64,000 nt of DNA from Chitinophagales bacterium (GTDB lineage Bacteria; Bacteroidota; Bacteroidia; Chitinophagales; JADJOU01). The DNA is taken from assembly GCA_044368655.1 (NCBI GenBank), contig JBIPPB010000002.1, positions 8,479 through 72,478 of the forward strand, in the 5' to 3' direction. The position numbers were made by a program, and so were the translations under genes. A model generated the notes under the pieces. That model was not told the origin of the DNA and did not search any database. It was given only the letters and a program-made list of their open reading frames with translations. Below are positions 46,903-56,763 of this stretch, in pieces. Each line of letters starts with the position of its first letter. Position 1 is the first letter of the stretch.

Positions 46903-48123
46903 ATGGGAAATAGTAATCCAACTAAAAAATTATTTCAAAAATGTTATAATTTTACAAGAGCTGATGAAATTAAATCGGCTGGTATATATCCTTATTTTAA
47001 CCCTATTGAGGAAAGTGAAGGCCCAGTAGTAGATATGAACGGAAAACGCATCATTATGGCGGGTTCTAATAATTATCTTGGGTTAACTTCGCATCCAAAA
47101 GTTAAAGAAGCCGCAATTCAAGCCATTAATAAATATGGTACAAGTTGCTCGGGTAGTCGATATTTGACAGGAACTATTGATTTGCATAATGAATTAGAAC
47201 ATAAATTAGCTAAATTCGTAGGAAAAGAAGCTGCTTTATTGTTCAGTACAGGATATCAAGCGGGTCAAGGTGTTATTTCTCCTTTGGTTGGTCGTCATGA
47301 TAAAATAATCAGCGACCGTGATAATCATGCCTCAATTCAAACCGCCAATATGTTGGCTAAAGGTACTTTTGGTACCGAAATCTTGAGATATCATCATAAT
47401 GATATGGCAGATTTAGAGAAAAAGCTTGAGTCCATAAAAGATATAGATGGCGCTAAATTTATCGTTACGGATGGGGTATTTTCCGCATTTGGAGATATCC
47501 CAGAATTAGATAAAATTAATGCTTTAGCTAAAAAACATGGCGCTCAAATACTTGTTGATGATGCACATGCGTTTGGTGTTATTGGCGAAGGAGGACGAGG
47601 AACGGCTAGTGAATTTGGATTGACAGATGATGTAGATTTAATTGTTTGTACATTTAGTAAAACATTAGCAAGTTTAGGTGGTTTTGTGGCTGGAGAAGAG
47701 CGTGTAATTAACTATTTAAAACATCATAGTCCAGCATTAATTTTTAGTGCTTCACCAACGCCAGCTTCCGTAGCTAGTGCGATTGCTGCTCTTGATATTT
47801 TAGTAGAGCAACCCGAATTGGTAGCAAGATTAAATCATAATGCCGATTATGTAAGACAAGGATTAATCGGAATGGGATATAATGTATTTCCTTCTCGTAC
47901 CGCCATTGTATCAGCAATTATTGGCAATGACCTAAAAGGTTTTGAGTTATGGAAAGGATTGTTTGATGAAGGCGTATTTGTAAATGTTTTCGTTCCACCT
48001 GCAGCGCCTCCGGGCATGTCGATGATGCGAAATAGTTTTATGGCTTCTCACGAAAAAGAACACTTGGATATTATCCTTGAAAAATATCATAAAGTTGGTA
48101 AACAAATTGGTTTAATTGACTAA
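46903..48123 (+). CDS. Alpha-oxoamine synthase family PLP enzyme, serine palmitoyltransferase-like (a sphingolipid or sulfonolipid condensing enzyme is possible)
   Basis: GSRYLTGT, FSTGYQAG, DRDNHASI, RYHHNDMADLEKKL, DGVFSAFGDIPELDKINALAKKHGAQILVDDAHAFG, the PLP-lysine motif TFSKTLASLGGFVAG, and VNVFVPPAAPPG. From memory, these track bacterial SPT more closely than KBL or BioF. Confidence 0.75.
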   Translation: MGNSNPTKKLFQKCYNFTRADEIKSAGIYPYFNPIEESEGPVVDMNGKRIIMAGSNNYLGLTSHPKVKEAAIQAINKYGTSCSGSRYLTGTIDLHNELEHKLAKFVGKEAALLFSTGYQAGQGVISPLVGRHDKIISDRDNHASIQTANMLAKGTFGTEILRYHHNDMADLEKKLESIKDIDGAKFIVTDGVFSAFGDIPELDKINALAKKHGAQILVDDAHAFGVIGEGGRGTASEFGLTDDVDLIVCTFSKTLASLGGFVAGEERVINYLKHHSPALIFSASPTPASVASAIAALDILVEQPELVARLNHNADYVRQGLIGMGYNVFPSRTAIVSAIIGNDLKGFELWKGLFDEGVFVNVFVPPAAPPGMSMMRNSFMASHEKEHLDIILEKYHKVGKQIGLID

Positions 48124-48162
48124 AATTAACTTTTTGATAGCATATATCAAGGATTAAAACAA

Positions 48163-50781
48163 ATGGAAGAAAAAGATAAGAAAAATATTGTAAACATACC
48201 ACATGTAGATACACTTTACAAAAAGTGGTTTTTAGAATATGCTTCTTATGTTGTTTTAGAAAGAGCCATTCCTGCTTTATATGACGGTTTAAAACCCGTT
48301 CAACGTCGTATTCTTCACGCAATGAAAGAACAAGACGATGGAAGATTTACAAAAGTAGCAAATTTAATAGGGCAAACGATGCAGTATCATCCTCATGGTG
48401 ATGCGAGTATTGGAGATGCTTTAGTTAATATAGGTCAGAAAGAATTATTAATAGAGACTCAAGGAAACTGGGGGGATATTCGAACAGGAGATTCGGCTGC
48501 CGCACCAAGGTATATCGAAGCTCGATTGTCGAAGTTTGCGCTTTTTGCATGTTTTCACGACCAAAATACCGAATGGCAATTGAGCTATGATGGTAGAAAA
48601 AGAGAGCCTGTATTTTTACCCATAAAATTCCCATTGTTACTTTCAGATGGGGTAGAAGGTATTGCCGTAGGTATGAGTACCAAAATATTACCTCATAATT
48701 TTATTGAACTTTGCGAAGCTTCCATAAAATGTATTAAAAATCAACCTTTTGAATTGTATCCAGACTTCTTACAAGGAGGAATTATTGATGTTTCAAACTA
48801 TAATCAAGGAAATCGAGGCGGGAAAATACGTTGTAGAGCAAAAATTGAAAAGGTAGATACCAAAAATATTAAAATTACGAGTGTTCCATACAGTGTAACT
48901 ACGGAGAAATTAATAGAGAGTATTCTAGCCGAGAATTCAAAAGGGCGAATTAAAATTAAAAAAGTCAATGACAACACCGCAAGTGATGTCGAAATAAATA
49001 TTGAATTGGTGCCGGGCACTTCTGTAGATCATACGATTGATACACTTTATGCTTTTACCCAATGTGAAGTTTCAATTAGTCCTTTGGGATGTTGTATTAT
49101 TGATAATAAACCCATGTTTTTGGGGGTGGATGAATTGCTGCGATTAAGTACTCAAAATACTATAAGACTTCTTCAAAGTGAATTGAATATCAAAAAGAAA
49201 GATCTTGAAGACCGTTGGCATTTTTTAAGTTTGGAGAAAATATTTTTTGAAGAACAAATTTATAAAGAGCTTGAGAAAAAACATGAGACCTGGGATATTG
49301 TTTTGATGCAAATTGAGAAAGCATTTGAACCATTTTTAGGGGTTTTTAAAAGAGCTGTAACTAAAGCAGATTACGAAAAATTAACGGAAAAGCCTGTTCG
49401 TCGAATTTATAAATTAGATATTGACGATTTAAAATCTAAGATTTTAAAAATTGAAGAAGAAATCGTTCAGATTCAACATCATTTAGATCATATTGATAAA
49501 TATGCAATTGATTATTTTAAAACATTAATCGATAAATTTGGCAAAGGAAGGGAACGAAGAACGGAGATAAAGCCGTTTGAGAAAATTGAAGTAAAGCAAG
49601 TCGTATTGAATAATCAAAAGCTCTATGTAAATTATAAAGATGGATTTATCGGTCATGGACTTAAAAAAGAGGAGTTTGTTTGTGATTGTACAGATATTGA
49701 TGATATCATTGTAATCCGTAAAGATGGAAAAATGATGGTTTCTCGTATTACGGATAAAAAATTTGTTGGAAAAGATATTTTGTATTGTGGCGTATGGAAA
49801 AAAGATGATGAACGCACGGTTTATAATTTGATTTACCTAGATCCTAAATCGGGTAAAAATTATGTAAAAAGATTTCAGGTTTTGGCCATAACTCGAGATA
49901 AAGAATATGATATTACCAATGGTAATTCGTGTAGTATTTTATATTTATCTGCCAATCCAAATGGAGAAGCCGAAATTGTAAATGTAAAACTGTCGCCTTC
50001 ATGCAAAGCGCGTGTTAAAATATTTGATTTTGATTTTAAAACCGTTTTAATCAAAGGAAGGAATAGTCAAGGAAATATTTTATCTTCATATCCCATTTTG
50101 AAAGTGCTTATGAAGAAAAAAGGAACTTCAACACTTGGAGGAACACATCTTTGGGTACATAATGAAACGGGGCGTATTAATAAAAATCAAGAAGGTAGAT
50201 ATATTGGCGAATTTTTAAGTGAGGATCAGTTTTTAGTGATTTATAATAATGGAACGTATTATTTAGGAAATCTTGAAAATACGCTTAAAGTGGATACCGA
50301 TCGATTGGTTCATATCCAAAAAATGGATGAGAATATAGTTTTAAGTGCGGTGTATTTTGATGGCGCTTCACAAAATTATTATGTAAAACGTTTTCAAATT
50401 GAAGTTAAAACAGATTTGAAAGAACATAGTTTTATTTCAGAAGATGAAAAAAGTAAGTTGATTGTTGCTTCAACGGCATCAAATCCTATCATTCAATTTG
50501 AAGTTTTGAAAGGCAAAAGTAAAGAGGTGGTCGAAGAAGTTATTGATTTATCCGAATTTATTGATGTAAAAGGATGGAAATCGTTGGGAAATCGTATGAC
50601 ACAATTTCCTTTAAAAGAAGGTATTACTCTTCAAACAGCTCATCTTGAATTGGAATATGAAGTCCCTGTAAAACTTGAAAAAGAACAACCTACCTTGGAA
50701 GAAGTTGAGAAGCAAGTCAAAGATTTTCAAATAGATAAGTCCGATTTAGCTCAAGGTGGCATTCAGTCAACATTGTTTTAA
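48163..50781 (+). CDS. parC: DNA topoisomerase IV subunit A
   Basis: The DGLKPVQRRILHAM and HPHGDASI motifs with the active-site region are present. About 870 aa, with the divergent C-terminal beta-pinwheel typical of Bacteroidota ParC. No GyrA box was noticed. Confidence 0.8.
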   Translation: MEEKDKKNIVNIPHVDTLYKKWFLEYASYVVLERAIPALYDGLKPVQRRILHAMKEQDDGRFTKVANLIGQTMQYHPHGDASIGDALVNIGQKELLIETQGNWGDIRTGDSAAAPRYIEARLSKFALFACFHDQNTEWQLSYDGRKREPVFLPIKFPLLLSDGVEGIAVGMSTKILPHNFIELCEASIKCIKNQPFELYPDFLQGGIIDVSNYNQGNRGGKIRCRAKIEKVDTKNIKITSVPYSVTTEKLIESILAENSKGRIKIKKVNDNTASDVEINIELVPGTSVDHTIDTLYAFTQCEVSISPLGCCIIDNKPMFLGVDELLRLSTQNTIRLLQSELNIKKKDLEDRWHFLSLEKIFFEEQIYKELEKKHETWDIVLMQIEKAFEPFLGVFKRAVTKADYEKLTEKPVRRIYKLDIDDLKSKILKIEEEIVQIQHHLDHIDKYAIDYFKTLIDKFGKGRERRTEIKPFEKIEVKQVVLNNQKLYVNYKDGFIGHGLKKEEFVCDCTDIDDIIVIRKDGKMMVSRITDKKFVGKDILYCGVWKKDDERTVYNLIYLDPKSGKNYVKRFQVLAITRDKEYDITNGNSCSILYLSANPNGEAEIVNVKLSPSCKARVKIFDFDFKTVLIKGRNSQGNILSSYPILKVLMKKKGTSTLGGTHLWVHNETGRINKNQEGRYIGEFLSEDQFLVIYNNGTYYLGNLENTLKVDTDRLVHIQKMDENIVLSAVYFDGASQNYYVKRFQIEVKTDLKEHSFISEDEKSKLIVASTASNPIIQFEVLKGKSKEVVEEVIDLSEFIDVKGWKSLGNRMTQFPLKEGITLQTAHLELEYEVPVKLEKEQPTLEEVEKQVKDFQIDKSDLAQGGIQSTLF

Positions 50782-50868
50782 TTTTCTTCATTTTTTATCA
50801 TTTTGTTTTTTTAACTAAAAATTGCATAAAAGCCACGTAAATAAAAGGCTTGAGCTAATTATTTATTC

Positions 50869-50876
50869 TATTTTTG
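50869..50876 (+). promoter_or_regulatory. Candidate -7 promoter box
   Basis: TATTTTTG lies 29 nt upstream of the ATG at 50906. Confidence 0.4.
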
Positions 50877-50905
50877 CTTTTTAACAAAATTAAAATAAAT
50901 AACAA

Positions 50906-52159
50906 ATGAAAAAACAAATTTTATTCCTTACTTTTTTTGCGGTTATAATAAGCAGTTTTGCTCAGTCATATTATGCAATGCCTCGAACAATTAAAACCGA
51001 AGGTAGAGAAACGCTAAGTCTAAAACCAGATATAATATCTATCGAATTTAATGTTTATAATGAAACCTCAAAAACAAAACTTAAATTACCTTTGGAAAAG
51101 TCTGAGCAACAAATCCGCGCATTTTTAAAATCAAAAAGCATTGATGATAAAAAATTTATAGCCAATAATGACCCTGCTCTTTGCACGTATGGTTATATGA
51201 CTTGTACAATATCAAATATATCACCAATTGAGTTTGATAAAATTAATTCTTATTTTAAAAAGAATCCATATATTGAAAATTATTTTATCAATAAAACGAT
51301 TCTTAAAAAGGAAACGATAGCTAAAAATGCGGATTTATTAGCAACCAAAAGTGTAGAAAATGCTAAGAAAAGAGCCAATGAAATCGCTAAAACTTTAGGT
51401 GAAAAAATCACAGTAATTCAATCGATTACGCTTCAAAATACATTTATAGATGCGAGTCAAGATGTAGAAGAAACACCTTATAATACCGATGAAATAAAGC
51501 CAATTTCTATTTATTTGGATATTATTGTTGAATATGCTATAGAAACCAAAGACAGTTCGTTAAACCGAGTACCATTTTTACCTCGATTAATTCATTTAAA
51601 TACAACCTCTTATGAATCCATCAAAAAAGAAAAAGCTTTAGTTACTTTTCGACTGGGAATAACAGATTTTGATGAAAATGCGCTTGACGTTTTTAATAAA
51701 TTAAAAAAACAAATGAGCGCGACGCTTCAAAAATATGGTGTGAATCCTCAAACCGCATTAGTTAAAAATACGGATGATCAAGAAGTGTATTTTGCAGATT
51801 ATTCTTTTGAATTAAATGGTGCGGAAAAACTCGATAAACTTTATGTTGACTTATCATTTAATAAAAATGTTAGTGATATTACCTATTCGGATCTTCAAAA
51901 TAGTATTGATTCTACAGTTTTAGATAAGTTAAATGAACAACTGACGGTAAAGAATGTTAAAGATGCAAGAGCATTAGCCGAAAAACTGGGACGTTTGTTT
52001 GATGTAAAAGTGCTTAGAAACTATGATTTTGTAGATGGAAATATGTCTGAAGCATACAGTAATAAATCAACTTACGATGGTAATTTAAAAGGATTAGAAA
52101 GCGCTCATATACACAAAAATTATCAAAAAACATCTTATATGAGCTTTCAAATTCAGTAA
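50906..52159 (+). CDS. Secreted protein with two SIMPL/DUF541-like halves
   Basis: Signal peptide present. IKTEGRETLSLKPDIISIEFNV resembles the SIMPL N-terminal strand pattern, and the second half repeats the architecture loosely. Weak call. Confidence 0.35.
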   Translation: MKKQILFLTFFAVIISSFAQSYYAMPRTIKTEGRETLSLKPDIISIEFNVYNETSKTKLKLPLEKSEQQIRAFLKSKSIDDKKFIANNDPALCTYGYMTCTISNISPIEFDKINSYFKKNPYIENYFINKTILKKETIAKNADLLATKSVENAKKRANEIAKTLGEKITVIQSITLQNTFIDASQDVEETPYNTDEIKPISIYLDIIVEYAIETKDSSLNRVPFLPRLIHLNTTSYESIKKEKALVTFRLGITDFDENALDVFNKLKKQMSATLQKYGVNPQTALVKNTDDQEVYFADYSFELNGAEKLDKLYVDLSFNKNVSDITYSDLQNSIDSTVLDKLNEQLTVKNVKDARALAEKLGRLFDVKVLRNYDFVDGNMSEAYSNKSTYDGNLKGLESAHIHKNYQKTSYMSFQIQ

Positions 52160-52221
52160 AATATGCAATTAATGCTTTATTATATATATTAATTAGCATG
52201 AAATAGTCATTATTATTTTAG

Positions 52222-52229
52222 TATCTTTG
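52222..52229 (+). promoter_or_regulatory. Candidate -7 promoter box
   Basis: TATCTTTG(CG) lies 21 nt upstream of the ATG at 52251. Confidence 0.45.
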
Positions 52230-52250
52230 CGTATCTAATTTAAAAACGAT

Positions 52251-53726
52251 ATGTGTGCTAAAATAGCAGTAATTGGAGGTGGTTTTGCAGGACTTTCTGC
52301 GGCTTCGTATCTTCAAAAAATGGGTCATCAAGTTACTATTTTTGAAAAAAATGAACAAATCGGGGGACGCGCACGGAAGTTTGAGGAGCAGGGTTTTGTA
52401 TTTGATATGGGACCTAGCTGGTATTGGATGCCTGACGTTTTTGAAAATTATTTTAAAGATTTTGGATATAAAGTATCTGACTTTTTCGAGCTCGTTCAAT
52501 TAGATCCCGGTTTTGATGTTGTTTTTAGTAAACATGATACTTTTTCGGTAGATGCTGATTTTGAAAAAATTAAAGATAAATTTGAGCAATTAGAGAAAGG
52601 GAGCGGTGCCAAACTTGAAAAATTTATTAACGAGGCCGATCGTAAATATCAAGTAAGCATGAACGATATTGTGTTTAAGCCTTCGTATTCTTTATTTGAA
52701 TACATGAATTGGAAAATAATAAAAAATGTGCTCGCTGTTGATTTTTTTATTCCACTTCGAAGTAGTTTAAAAAAATATTTTACGCATCCGAATATTTTAA
52801 AAATTATGGAGTTTCCGGTGCTTTTCTTAGGCGCAATGGCAGATAAGATTCCGGCACTTTACAGCATTATGAATTATGCCGCATTAAAGCAAGGGACATT
52901 TTATCCACTTGGTGGTATGCATAAAATTGTAGAAGCTATGGAAAAAGTAGCTGTAAAACTTGGTGTTGAAATTCAGCTTCACGCTGAAGTTCAAAAAATT
53001 ATAGTAGAAGGAGGTAAAGCAAAAGGGATTGTAGTGAATCAAAATACTATTGCGTTTGATGGTGTTGTTGCAGCGGCAGATTATGAATTTGTAGAACGTA
53101 AACTTCTTGAAAGTTCATATCAAAATTATAATTCAGAATATTGGGATAAAAAGGTGTTTGCGCCTAGTAGTTTATTGTTTTATATTGGAGTTTCCAAAAA
53201 AATAGATAAGCTAAATCATCATACTTTGTTTTTTGATACCGATTTTGAATTGCATTCTAAAGAGATATATCATAATCCTAAATGGCCTACAGAACCTTTA
53301 TTTTATGCTTGTACGCCTTCGGTTACGGATGCGAGTGTAGCTCCTGAAAATTGTGAAAATTTATTTTTATTGATTCCGATTGCAACCGGATTAGAAGATA
53401 ATGAAGCGCTTAGAGAAAAGTACTTTGACAAAGTAATGGCTCGATTGGAAGATTACTGCGAAATGGATATCCGAAGTCATATTATTTACAAACGTTCTTA
53501 TTGTAAAAATGATTTTATTTTTGATTATAATTCATTTAAAGGAAATGCCTATGGTTTAGCCAATACGTTATTGCAAACAGGTCCTTTAAAGCCAACTTTA
53601 AAAAATAAAAAGGTGTCGAATTTATATTATTGCGGACAATTAACAGTTCCTGGTCCGGGTGTTCCTCCTTCATTAATTTCAGGAAAAATTGTGGCAGCCG
53701 AGATTTCTAAAAATCTACCATTATAG
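52251..53726 (+). CDS. crtI: Phytoene desaturase (CrtI) family FAD-dependent oxidoreductase
   Basis: The dinucleotide-binding motif KIAVIGGGFAGLSAASYL..IFEKNEQIGGRA is present. About 490 aa, with the C-terminal YYCGQLTVPGPGVPPSLISG signature typical of CrtI. Confidence 0.75.
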   Translation: MCAKIAVIGGGFAGLSAASYLQKMGHQVTIFEKNEQIGGRARKFEEQGFVFDMGPSWYWMPDVFENYFKDFGYKVSDFFELVQLDPGFDVVFSKHDTFSVDADFEKIKDKFEQLEKGSGAKLEKFINEADRKYQVSMNDIVFKPSYSLFEYMNWKIIKNVLAVDFFIPLRSSLKKYFTHPNILKIMEFPVLFLGAMADKIPALYSIMNYAALKQGTFYPLGGMHKIVEAMEKVAVKLGVEIQLHAEVQKIIVEGGKAKGIVVNQNTIAFDGVVAAADYEFVERKLLESSYQNYNSEYWDKKVFAPSSLLFYIGVSKKIDKLNHHTLFFDTDFELHSKEIYHNPKWPTEPLFYACTPSVTDASVAPENCENLFLLIPIATGLEDNEALREKYFDKVMARLEDYCEMDIRSHIIYKRSYCKNDFIFDYNSFKGNAYGLANTLLQTGPLKPTLKNKKVSNLYYCGQLTVPGPGVPPSLISGKIVAAEISKNLPL

Positions 53727-53754
53727 TTTTTGTATCATTTTGTAGTTTTTAATT

Positions 53755-53762
53755 TATTTTTG
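53755..53762 (+). promoter_or_regulatory. Candidate -7 promoter box
   Basis: TATTTTTG(CA) lies 14 nt upstream of the ATG at 53777. Confidence 0.45.
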
Positions 53763-53776
53763 CATAAATTTCTTTT

Positions 53777-54925
53777 ATGACCAAACATGTTTATCTTGAT
53801 AGTGCTGCGACAACTTTAGTATCCAAAGAAGTGGTTGAAGCAATGACCCAAAGCTTGTCAGAAGTTTATGGAAATCCAAGTTCTACACATCATTTTGGTC
53901 GTATTGCAAAAGGACAATTGGAAGAGTCTAGAAGACATGTCGCCAATGTAATCGGTGCAAAACCCAATCAAATTTGTTTTACGTCATGTGGAACGGAAAG
54001 TAATAATATGGTATTGCGAAAATCGGTTGAACAATTGGGTGTTGAGCGAATTTTAACTACTCCAATAGAACACCCTTCGGTTTATCAAACATTAAAAGAG
54101 CTTGCTCAAAAAATAGAAGTTGTATATCTTCCTATTTGTCCTAAAGGAAGTGTTTTAGTTGACCAATTAGAACAAATAATAACGTCGTCATCTAAAAAAG
54201 CATTAATAAGCGTGATGCATGCTAATAATGAACTTGGGACTTTAAATGATATTGAATCAATTTGTAATATTGCACATAAAAATGGCGCTCTTGTTCATAG
54301 TGATATGGTACAAACGGTTGGACATTTACCAATTGATGTAACCGCTTTAGGGATTGATTTTATAGTGGCTTCTGCGCATAAATTTCATGGACCAAAAGGG
54401 ATTGGGTTTCTTTATTCAAAACAAACGAATGCGGTAGGGGCTTTTATTTCAGGAGGTTCTCAAGAGCGTGGTATGCGAAGTGGAACGGAAGGTCTGGCAT
54501 CTATCGTTGGTTTGTCGGTTGCTATTCAAAATGCGACGCGTCATATTCATGAAGATTTAAAATATGTGGATGAATTGCGCCATTTTATGGCAAAAAAATT
54601 AACTGAGAAAATTCCTAATATTGAAATAATAACGCCCTTAGATAAAAGTCTTTATACGGTTTTGTCTGTTGGTTTTCCGACTACAATGAGTAATGACATG
54701 TTGCCTTTTCAGTTAGATATGAAAGGAGTCGCTTGCAGTAGTGGAAGTGCTTGCAGTAGTGGAGCAAACAAAGGTTCACATGTTTTGGAAGCGATTAATT
54801 ATCCTAAAGATCGAAAAGTGATTCGATTTAGTTTCTCAAAATACAATACCAAAGATGAAATTGAATATGCAGTCAATCAAATAGAAAGTTTGTATATGGA
54901 AATGCATCAAAAAATGTCACAGTAA
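53777..54925 (+). CDS. Cysteine desulfurase (NifS/IscS class V aminotransferase family)
   Basis: YLDSAATT, the PLP-lysine region SAHKFHGPKGIG, and active-site Cys in SSGSACSSG. Confidence 0.85.
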   Translation: MTKHVYLDSAATTLVSKEVVEAMTQSLSEVYGNPSSTHHFGRIAKGQLEESRRHVANVIGAKPNQICFTSCGTESNNMVLRKSVEQLGVERILTTPIEHPSVYQTLKELAQKIEVVYLPICPKGSVLVDQLEQIITSSSKKALISVMHANNELGTLNDIESICNIAHKNGALVHSDMVQTVGHLPIDVTALGIDFIVASAHKFHGPKGIGFLYSKQTNAVGAFISGGSQERGMRSGTEGLASIVGLSVAIQNATRHIHEDLKYVDELRHFMAKKLTEKIPNIEIITPLDKSLYTVLSVGFPTTMSNDMLPFQLDMKGVACSSGSACSSGANKGSHVLEAINYPKDRKVIRFSFSKYNTKDEIEYAVNQIESLYMEMHQKMSQ

Positions 54926-54926
54926 T

Positions 54927-56753
54927 TTATCGATAAACCACTTTCTGTGGTCTTGAAATATCCAATCCTTGAAAACGGAATGGAATAACCGAAGAGATAA
55001 CGATTCCCTTTTGAATAAATTGTCCTGTAGTAGATGGATAAAACCCATATTGTATTTGAATCAAATCAAAGACCATATTTTCATTTCTAAAGGCAAATCC
55101 AAAGCTTGCTCCACTATATACAGGGCCTTCATAAATTGATTTGTTATTTTGACGCATTCGAGCAATTTCAAATAAAGAAAAGAAATAGGTTCTGAATCCA
55201 ATTAATGAAAAAGGAAAGTAAACATTATTTTGAATACTCAACGCAAAACGATCTTGCCCTCGAATAGCACCATTACTAAGTCCTCGAATTCCATCAAATT
55301 CATTAAAGTTAATAAAATTATAATCGTCTTGATTAATTCCTAAAGTATATCTTGAATTTAAGTAATTCCGAATTCTAAGTTTACCCAAACGAATAACCGA
55401 ACTCGTCAATTGGATGTTCAGGTCAAGAACGCCACGAGTTGCTTGATTCTCAAATTCATTAATGCCTAATTTTGCACCTAAATTTAAGTAATTATTATTT
55501 TTATTATAGAATTGTCCTAATATTTGAAATCCATAATAAGTAGTTTTCCCAAATTCCGTATTACTTAAGCCATAAATTAGATTTGTAGAAAAACCGGTAG
55601 GGACATCTTCGGTTCTTCCGAATCCATTTAATAAACGATCTTGTACATATTTAATGCGCGCATAACCAATACTACTTAAGAATCCCGTTTGATTCCAAAA
55701 ATCTGGAAGATTCCTAACATCTTGATTTCTTTTCGTATAGATATCTTGATTGAAGTTAATTCCTAAAACTAATGCATTTTGTGTAAATTTCTTAATGGTT
55801 TTAAAAGGAATTGCATGACTAATCCATACTTCATTTTTCACTTTGTTTATGTTAAAACTAGAGTCTAACGTGAAATTATAAAAATCTTGATTTTTAAATG
55901 ATGAAAAAACGCCTCCTGCCCATCGAAATTCGGGTCTTGCAAATTCGCGTGATAGTGAAAGCTGAACCGATTGATCATCTCTAAAGTTATAATAATGGGC
56001 ATTTAAGTCAATAAAGCTTTTTTTGAAAATATTTGGAATTGTATAATAATAGCCACTACCAAATTTTTGTTTTGTATCATTTTGATTAATAACAAATTTT
56101 GTTCGAAGCTGATGCCCCGTTCCAAAAATATTGAAGTTGCTAACTCCAAAATTAAAACTACTTATTGAATTAAATCCAAATTCAAAATCATAAGGTAATA
56201 CATCTTGAATATATAAATAAAGATCAATATTGCCGTTTTGATTTAATATAGGTACAAAACGTACATCGTGAAAAATATTTGAATTACGAATAAGACGGGC
56301 ATTTTCTAATGCTCTATAACTCGAGAAATAATCTCCTGATTTGAAAAATAGAAATCGGTTTTGAATTAATTTTTGAGAAGTGGTTACATGCAGTTTTTCG
56401 GATAAAAACTTTTCTAAGCCTGAAGCTTTTTGTGAGGTGTCATAAATATTTTCTCCAAAAACCTTAAATTGTTTGATAATTATTGTGTCAATTTTTAAAT
56501 CTTCAAAAGGAAGCAAATGTTGTCTTTTCTTTTCAAATTCAACTTCTTCGTTATAATTACTCCTTCTATAGATATTTCGAAATAAAAGATTGTGAATTTC
56601 ACTCGATACTACATTACCACTATAGGCATTTTTAGTTTTTTCACTTCGAATGCTATCTTTGATTCGCATCTTTTCATCGATTTCATCTTTTTGAGCTTCA
56701 ATATTATTATAAAAAAAGAAGATGAAAAAAATAGAGATAAAAAATCTACACAT
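54927..56753 (-). CDS. Omp85-superfamily-like outer membrane protein (single POTRA-like segment plus beta-barrel); assignment tentative
   Basis: Signal peptide present. The POTRA-like region is IDTIIIKQFKVFGE...IQNRFLFFKSGDYFSSYRALENARLIRNSNIFHDVRFV..IDLYLYIQD, followed by a long beta-strand-rich region. Confidence 0.35.
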   Translation of the reverse strand: MCRFFISIFFIFFFYNNIEAQKDEIDEKMRIKDSIRSEKTKNAYSGNVVSSEIHNLLFRNIYRRSNYNEEVEFEKKRQHLLPFEDLKIDTIIIKQFKVFGENIYDTSQKASGLEKFLSEKLHVTTSQKLIQNRFLFFKSGDYFSSYRALENARLIRNSNIFHDVRFVPILNQNGNIDLYLYIQDVLPYDFEFGFNSISSFNFGVSNFNIFGTGHQLRTKFVINQNDTKQKFGSGYYYTIPNIFKKSFIDLNAHYYNFRDDQSVQLSLSREFARPEFRWAGGVFSSFKNQDFYNFTLDSSFNINKVKNEVWISHAIPFKTIKKFTQNALVLGINFNQDIYTKRNQDVRNLPDFWNQTGFLSSIGYARIKYVQDRLLNGFGRTEDVPTGFSTNLIYGLSNTEFGKTTYYGFQILGQFYNKNNNYLNLGAKLGINEFENQATRGVLDLNIQLTSSVIRLGKLRIRNYLNSRYTLGINQDDYNFINFNEFDGIRGLSNGAIRGQDRFALSIQNNVYFPFSLIGFRTYFFSLFEIARMRQNNKSIYEGPVYSGASFGFAFRNENMVFDLIQIQYGFYPSTTGQFIQKGIVISSVIPFRFQGLDISRPQKVVYR

Positions 56754-56763
56754 TTAGAGAACA

